From: a virus
Taxonomy: Duplodnaviria > Caudoviricetes
IMG/VR virus record: IMGVR_UViG_3300027581_000015
Coordinates: 1-41,028 of that record
Length of the DNA: 41,028 bases
Direction: 5' to 3' (one strand)
Under the pieces are notes generated by a model. That model worked only from the letters and a program-made list of their open reading frames with translations. It searched no databases and was not told the origin of the DNA. Positions 35,431-41,028 of this stretch are shown here, piece after piece. Position 1 is the stretch's first letter; each line of letters opens with the position of its first letter. The translations under genes were made by a program, and so were the position numbers.

Positions 35431-36921
35431 CTACTTCTTTTTAGGACGATACGGAACAGGACCTGCATAACCGCCAGTAGGCACTTTGCCTTTTGATGGG
35501 ATCTTGATTGATGTATTCCTGTAGATCTTTTTAGGATCTTTAATTTTCTTGTTTTCTGCCAGTAACTCTGAAAGAGTTACGCCAGACTTCTTAGCAATAC
35601 CAGATAATGTATCTCCAGCATTTACTTTATAAGTAGAACCACCAGCACCTACACCAATAAATTTACCTTGACCAGTGATACGTGGTTGGTTACTACGGCT
35701 TTTAACTGTAGGAGTAGTTGTAGTAGATTTTTTCTTACCCGCTTGTGGATCTTTTGTTAGTGCCTGTAATATTGGTTTACCTAATAAAGCACCAGCAGTT
35801 AAAGCCATTCCAACTTTTCCTGTAACCGCTTTGCCTGCAAACCTAGCAGCACCTAGTGCTGCACCTTTAGCAGTAAACTTTTTCTTAGCAGATGATGATG
35901 CTTTAGTAGCAACAACTGCACCTGGCTTAGGACGTAAAACAAGTTCTTTACCTGTAGATGTTTTTGTAGCATCATACTTTGCTTGAATTTCTTTGCGTAC
36001 TTTTGGAGTTAAACCTTCTGGACGAGTTGTTCCCATTTTAGTTTTTGGATCATAATTTACTACCTTGGCAACTTTACCCATTTGTCCTTTAGTAACTGGA
36101 CCTTGCTTCTTAACTTTTGAAGCAGCAGACTTGGCTGCTGTAGCAATAGGTCCTGCAGCTTTAGCTGCTACCTTTGCTCCTTTTTCCTGACGGAATAAAG
36201 CTTTGTTAAGTGCAGACTTAGGTTTGATGCCTTCTTTAATAAACTTGTCGTACATGGCTTTACCTTCTGCATTAAGTTCTTTACCTGCAGCAAAACCTTT
36301 TTTAGAAACTGGTAATGTTTTTTTCTTTACTGTTTCCATCTTTTTAGATTCTGTTGCTGCAGCTTTTTTAGCAGCACCTGCAGTTTTTACAGTTTTAAAT
36401 CCTTTAGGTTTAGGTTCTTTAATTTTATTACCATCTTTATCAACCTTGTAACCTTGTGACTTTGGTTCATTAACAGTTACACCACTACGAACCTTTTGGG
36501 CTGATGATGCAGTTCTACCTTCTGGCTTACCTGATGATGATGCTTTAGGTTCAGATATTCTTTTTTGTGCAGCTTCTGCAGCAGCACGATCAGACTTAGA
36601 CATGGCTTTTAATTCAGCCTCATCATAAGGAAACATTCTTAATGCCTCTGCTTTGGCAGCAGCACGATCACGAGCAATACGCTCGAGTGAAGTTTCAGTA
36701 GGCTTAACGCTAATCTTATTACCTTTGTCGTCGGTAATATAACCTTTTTTAGCTTCCTTTTTTACTTCATTAAGTGCTTCAATATCATCAGCAGAGAATT
36801 TAGTAAAACGATCTTTGTCTTTTAGTCCTGCCTTGGCAGCACCTTGAAAGACTTTTTTAGCATCGACTTTACCTTGTCTGCGACCTTGCCTAAACTTTGT
36901 AGGTCTTTTTTTGGTTGCCAT
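35431..36921 (-). CDS. Lys/Ala-rich protein with C-terminal LysM
   Basis: Highly basic low-complexity body; YKVNAGDTLSGIAKKSGVTLSELLAENKKIKDPKKIY...IKIP. Confidence 0.8.
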   Translation of the reverse strand: MATKKRPTKFRQGRRQGKVDAKKVFQGAAKAGLKDKDRFTKFSADDIEALNEVKKEAKKGYITDDKGNKISVKPTETSLERIARDRAAAKAEALRMFPYDEAELKAMSKSDRAAAEAAQKRISEPKASSSGKPEGRTASSAQKVRSGVTVNEPKSQGYKVDKDGNKIKEPKPKGFKTVKTAGAAKKAAATESKKMETVKKKTLPVSKKGFAAGKELNAEGKAMYDKFIKEGIKPKSALNKALFRQEKGAKVAAKAAGPIATAAKSAASKVKKQGPVTKGQMGKVAKVVNYDPKTKMGTTRPEGLTPKVRKEIQAKYDATKTSTGKELVLRPKPGAVVATKASSSAKKKFTAKGAALGAARFAGKAVTGKVGMALTAGALLGKPILQALTKDPQAGKKKSTTTTPTVKSRSNQPRITGQGKFIGVGAGGSTYKVNAGDTLSGIAKKSGVTLSELLAENKKIKDPKKIYRNTSIKIPSKGKVPTGGYAGPVPYRPKKK

Positions 36922-36947
36922 GGGTATCCTTAATTTATATAGAAAAT

Positions 36948-37097
36948 TTACTTAACTTTATTGTTGTTGCCTTTAATGCCTTTAGGTGTAACGCCTTGCT
37001 TTACCATTCCGCCACCGACTATTTTGCCTGCTGGCTTCTTGCCCATAATGGCTGTACCTACTGGTGCCTTAGCTGATTTTCCTTGTTTTCCGAACAT
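36948..37097 (-). CDS. Small basic protein (49 aa)
   Basis: AAGGAG RBS before ATG 37097. Confidence 0.65.
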   Translation of the reverse strand: MFGKQGKSAKAPVGTAIMGKKPAGKIVGGGMVKQGVTPKGIKGNNNKVK

Positions 37098-37110
37098 TTG
37101 TTTCTCCTTA

Positions 37111-38874
37111 TTATGCTGGTATTTGACGAGTAACTCTCGCTGATAGATTTGGACTTCCTCCACCAGTTAAACCTGCAAGAAGTTCTTGCATTGCTGGTCT
37201 ACCTTGTGGAAGTTGTGGTGCTTGACCACCAGCCATTGGCTCAGGAGCTGCTGGTACTTCTGGCATTCCTGGTTCGGCTGGTTGTTGTTTTGGTGCTGGT
37301 TCTGGTTTAAATGCATTTGAAACCGCATCTTCAAGGGCTACACCCTTTTTGCGATCATTAATTACACTTGCCATTTTTTCAATAATCTTCATTGGATCTT
37401 GACCTTGCATTACCATTTGTGGAATTGCAGCAGCCATAGAAGATACGGATGCCTTAAGGGAATCACGCATCTCTTCAATGTCAATTGCTCTCTCTTCTTC
37501 ACCAGCATTTAGTGAGATAGGAAGGTTGCGACGCAACATTCCTCGAGAAATTAATTTATCTCCTCTTGCTTGTAGACCCCATACCAATGCACGGTTAGGA
37601 TCTAAACCTGCCATTAAACCGTATTCAACGGTTACGCCATAGTTACCATTAATATCTGAACTTGGCTTGTATTTTAATTTATATGGAACTCCGTTGGCTG
37701 TTGCAGATACTTCACGACTTAACTCTGGGAAGTATGCTTCATCAGTTGCAAATGCAAATGAGATTGCTTGACCTATTGCTTCGCCAAGGATTGATTGGTA
37801 AATTTTAACTTGAGAATCATATCCAGCCATAAGTGCTTTAACACCTTGACCTGTAACAACTGAACCTTCTGCTTGTCCTGCACGAGCTTGAGGAAAGCGA
37901 GTTCCTAATTTCATTTCATCTGCTAGAACATTGTTCTCAGCAAAAGCATATTGAGGTACGTCTAGATTAACCCTACGAATTTTCTCAGGACTGTTCGAAC
38001 GAATGACCGAATCAGGACCAATGGATAGAGAAGTAACATCATTGGGAAGAGCAAGAGGAGCTTCAACAGATTTTTGAACAGCCTCCATCGTAAGAAGCGC
38101 AAGTCTTGCTTTCGCTGCATACACTGGCAAGACGTCATCAAATTGTCCTCTGGCTTCGCCATCGAGTGAAGGACGTTGAGCAATCGCAACTGGAACCGTA
38201 CCTGTCTTGTTGGGTGTCGTCGCAAGAACTAAACCTCCACGATCTGGTAAAAATAAAACTGTTCTTTCTTTATCTGTCCAACGAACAACCTGTAGTAATG
38301 AGTTACCATCACCACGAGTATATGCACCAGACTGTAATATTTGACTTGCATACTCTGGAAAGTGTGCTGCTAAATCACCCGCCTTACGGTGATATAAGCG
38401 AGCGTATACATTTACAACACCGAAACGATCTTGATCAAAGTATGCACCCATAGAGTTTTCAATATGGATGTGTGGTCTCTTATCTTTAAAGTTTGGTTCA
38501 ACTCTAATAGGAACGAAACCGTATGTTGCTAGTTGATCTGCGCCACGCAGTAACTCCGTACCAAGCCTTGATGCTGCTACATAGTAGTTAGCAATCTTTG
38601 TACGCTTGTCAGCTTTGGTACGCTGGTTGTCATCTAATGATGAATCCCCAGCAGCAGTAATGGTAGGTAGAACACCGACTTGTTCAGAGACATCTCGAGC
38701 AACAACATCAATAAGGTTAGCGATGATAGGACGTGACCATACTCCTTCAGGAAATAATCCTTGGAATACTTGATCAGCCTGTCCCGCTCTTACTAATGCA
38801 ACCTCACGCATACGTCTATCACGTTCGGAGTTACGAGCTTTTAATTGCTCAAAGGCTTGTTGTAAATCTTTCAT
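37111..38874 (-). CDS. Portal protein
   Basis: 587 aa, directly after terminase; helical with Pro/Gln-rich C-terminal tail. Confidence 0.8.
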   Translation of the reverse strand: MKDLQQAFEQLKARNSERDRRMREVALVRAGQADQVFQGLFPEGVWSRPIIANLIDVVARDVSEQVGVLPTITAAGDSSLDDNQRTKADKRTKIANYYVAASRLGTELLRGADQLATYGFVPIRVEPNFKDKRPHIHIENSMGAYFDQDRFGVVNVYARLYHRKAGDLAAHFPEYASQILQSGAYTRGDGNSLLQVVRWTDKERTVLFLPDRGGLVLATTPNKTGTVPVAIAQRPSLDGEARGQFDDVLPVYAAKARLALLTMEAVQKSVEAPLALPNDVTSLSIGPDSVIRSNSPEKIRRVNLDVPQYAFAENNVLADEMKLGTRFPQARAGQAEGSVVTGQGVKALMAGYDSQVKIYQSILGEAIGQAISFAFATDEAYFPELSREVSATANGVPYKLKYKPSSDINGNYGVTVEYGLMAGLDPNRALVWGLQARGDKLISRGMLRRNLPISLNAGEEERAIDIEEMRDSLKASVSSMAAAIPQMVMQGQDPMKIIEKMASVINDRKKGVALEDAVSNAFKPEPAPKQQPAEPGMPEVPAAPEPMAGGQAPQLPQGRPAMQELLAGLTGGGSPNLSARVTRQIPA

Positions 38875-38878
38875 TAAG

Positions 38879-40768
38879 TCACAATCTCGCTGTCCGCTGC
38901 GCTGCAGCTAAGTCATCTAAGTTAATAATGTATCTTGATTCAATATCTTTTCTAGGAGTAAATTGATTATTTAAAAAGTTAGGTACATTATTCGAGGTAA
39001 GTAAAGTTTCTCTTGCTACGATCTCACAGAACCATAATGCCATCACGGCATCCATCTTGAGCTTCTTACCTTGTACTCCTGGTTGCCAGGTTACAAGTTG
39101 TTCGATTAACTTCTTTACGTGTTCATTCTTTGAGCTATCTGGTAATTCAATTAAATTATCCCCAGCATGCTTAAAGTTATTCATGACACCATCCCGCTTA
39201 GTAATGGTGCCGAATAAAGGAGCGAGTGAGGCTACGCCGAACTCGGGATCCTGTTTATTATTTCCTGTGTAATGAGGTCTGTAGTTAACTCCTCGTGTTG
39301 ACAGGAAGTTACGAATCTCTTCGTCTTGTGTAAGGAAAAGCTGAAAGGCATTTGATTCCACAATGACCACATGCGGTTTATACGCATCGGTCCACTCCTT
39401 GATAAGAGAACGGATTGCTGCAGGTGTAGGAGCCGTCATGACGTGAACGTCCATGATATAGCGTTTATGTGACCTGCGGTCAACCGCATAAGCAACAGCA
39501 GCGGTATCACCAGACATTGCTGGATCTATACCAATGACTCTAAAAAAGTTATTAGAGTTCTCAGGATGACCTGCTGCGCTTGCAACCAATGCACCCGATT
39601 TTCTCATTCCATTTACTGCGCCTCTGACGCACATCGGGTCGAAGATTGCATTCTCCGCAATATCGAGGTTCTGGTAAACCAGTGACCACTTAGATGGTCC
39701 TGCCTCGTTACGGACAGCCGTTAGACGCTGTCCTGTCCATCGATCAAACAAACCATTCTCATCTGGGATATCATCGTCAGTGAGTTGTTGTTCGGATTTT
39801 TCCCATAGACATTTCCAGTCTTTAGGATCGTCTGCGTATTCTAAGACCGCAGGCATCGATAAATATGACCAAGGTAATACACCATCGGTGTAGTGGCTTG
39901 GGTTTCTTAATTCTTTATATAGATCAACTGCTGAGACTCTGGTACCAACTACCAAGAGTTGACCGCCTCCAGGTGGGAGACGAGAGGCAACTTCTTGCCT
40001 GATCCATTCTTGTTGCTTAGCCCACTCTGAAGCGTTACTCAGAGTGACCACGTCATCTAAAACTATTAAGTCGGCACGGTTACCATAAACCTGCCCGCCC
40101 ATTCCTATAGCTTCTACAGTTGGGTCTTTAGCATCTGACTCACGTACATCGCCACCAAGGTATACCTTAGTAGCCGACCACTGGTCGGCGGTTGCTTTAT
40201 ATCCATCGGCTGGACCAAAGGCTACCTGAAGGTCAGCGTACCGAGGATGCGTCAAGCGTTGCTTGATCGCATATAAAAACTTCTTTGCTTGTTCCTGTGT
40301 CTTGGATATAACCATGACGTTGATATTAGGATTCTTAACTATTCGGTAGGTTACATAGTTAATTGTTATAGTCATGGTCTTAGCATGGTTAGGGGGTATG
40401 TTTACCAAGAGGCGGGATAAGCCCGCCGATCCCTTTTCATAAACCATGGAATCATGTAACCAAGAAGGATCTCTACCTTCCAACATGGATACCACATTAA
40501 GCATGTGAAGTGGTACTTTGGTACCAAGATACTTTTCAGAGAACTCTGCAAAATCAGATAAGTTAGACCGAGCCTCATCGGCAAGGTCCTGTGTTCTAAA
40601 CCGAGCATTATCTATTAAAGCTGAGAAGCCCTCGGCTTCTCGGCGTTGGGTGTCATACCAAGATCTAGATCTACCAATAACTTTTAAACCATCAACGATT
40701 GTGCGCCCTTGGCGCACCAATAGGATAAGTTCTTTTCTGGCTTCTTCTGGTGCCAATTGTCTTTCCAA
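38879..40768 (-). CDS. terL: Terminase large subunit with N-terminal HTH-like extension
   Basis: PPNHAKT Walker A, GNRADLIVLDD Walker B, VVGTR, GIDPA nuclease motif, DAVMALW; TTG start after GGAGG. Confidence 0.9.
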   Translation of the reverse strand: MERQLAPEEARKELILLVRQGRTIVDGLKVIGRSRSWYDTQRREAEGFSALIDNARFRTQDLADEARSNLSDFAEFSEKYLGTKVPLHMLNVVSMLEGRDPSWLHDSMVYEKGSAGLSRLLVNIPPNHAKTMTITINYVTYRIVKNPNINVMVISKTQEQAKKFLYAIKQRLTHPRYADLQVAFGPADGYKATADQWSATKVYLGGDVRESDAKDPTVEAIGMGGQVYGNRADLIVLDDVVTLSNASEWAKQQEWIRQEVASRLPPGGGQLLVVGTRVSAVDLYKELRNPSHYTDGVLPWSYLSMPAVLEYADDPKDWKCLWEKSEQQLTDDDIPDENGLFDRWTGQRLTAVRNEAGPSKWSLVYQNLDIAENAIFDPMCVRGAVNGMRKSGALVASAAGHPENSNNFFRVIGIDPAMSGDTAAVAYAVDRRSHKRYIMDVHVMTAPTPAAIRSLIKEWTDAYKPHVVIVESNAFQLFLTQDEEIRNFLSTRGVNYRPHYTGNNKQDPEFGVASLAPLFGTITKRDGVMNNFKHAGDNLIELPDSSKNEHVKKLIEQLVTWQPGVQGKKLKMDAVMALWFCEIVARETLLTSNNVPNFLNNQFTPRKDIESRYIINLDDLAAAQRTARL

Positions 40769-40843
40769 CGTTCCTCCAGTGCCTGTAGGGGTCCACAGGG
40801 GTCTGGACAGAAGTATCCCCACTTATGCTTATAAGTACTTATT

Positions 40844-40902
40844 GGCAGGCTTAGAGCCTGCCTTTGGGGGCTCAATATATTTCGCCCTATACTTATATAG
40901 GG
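40844..40902. promoter_or_regulatory. Two perfect inverted repeats upstream of terminase
   Basis: GGCAGGCT-TAG-AGCCTGCC (40844-40862) and CCCTATA-CTTA-TATAGGG (40885-40902). Confidence 0.5.
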
Positions 40903-41028
40903 GTCTTGAGCGTCGGCGTGTTTCAAGGGGTAAATAAATAAATCTTTTATTGGTTATCTATAAATTAACATAACCGCAGGTCAGAGCTGGTTTTCTGGTG
41001 AATATTATTTTACGGATAGTGGGGGGAG

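Noticed and set aside
1-41028. tRNA, rRNA, IS elements, integrase/att sites
   Set aside because: No cloverleaf, transposase or recombinase motifs recognised; intergenic space is small and mostly accounted for.

Overview
The window looks like an essentially complete ~41 kb genome of a tailed dsDNA phage with podovirus-like architecture. The host is probably actinobacterial: it encodes a WhiB, uses GAAAGGAG ribosome-binding sites and carries actinophage-type gene families. The left arm (~770-7650, + strand) is an early region of small genes, including YubB/DUF1281-, GP88- and DUF932-like proteins, punctuated by a repeated covarying DNA hairpin. The right arm (- strand) has a packaging/structural module: terminase, portal, LysM-bearing putative internal virion proteins, scaffold, major capsid, tail/fibre and lysis genes. 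After a terminator comes a replication/regulation module: split Cas4-like nuclease, AAA helicase, WhiB, Holliday junction resolvase, transglycosylase, split primase with a nested HslV-like protease, DUF1599, endonuclease VII, sigma-like factor, FmdB and glycosyltransferase. I recognised no DNA polymerase, integrase, tRNA or CRISPR array. The strongest leads are the covarying hairpin elements of the early region, a Cas4-like Fe-S nuclease split into two genes around a Zn-ribbon gene, a structured leader upstream of the scaffold gene, and a long alternating purine-pyrimidine tract in the divergent control region. All family calls come from recognising motifs by eye, not from database searches.
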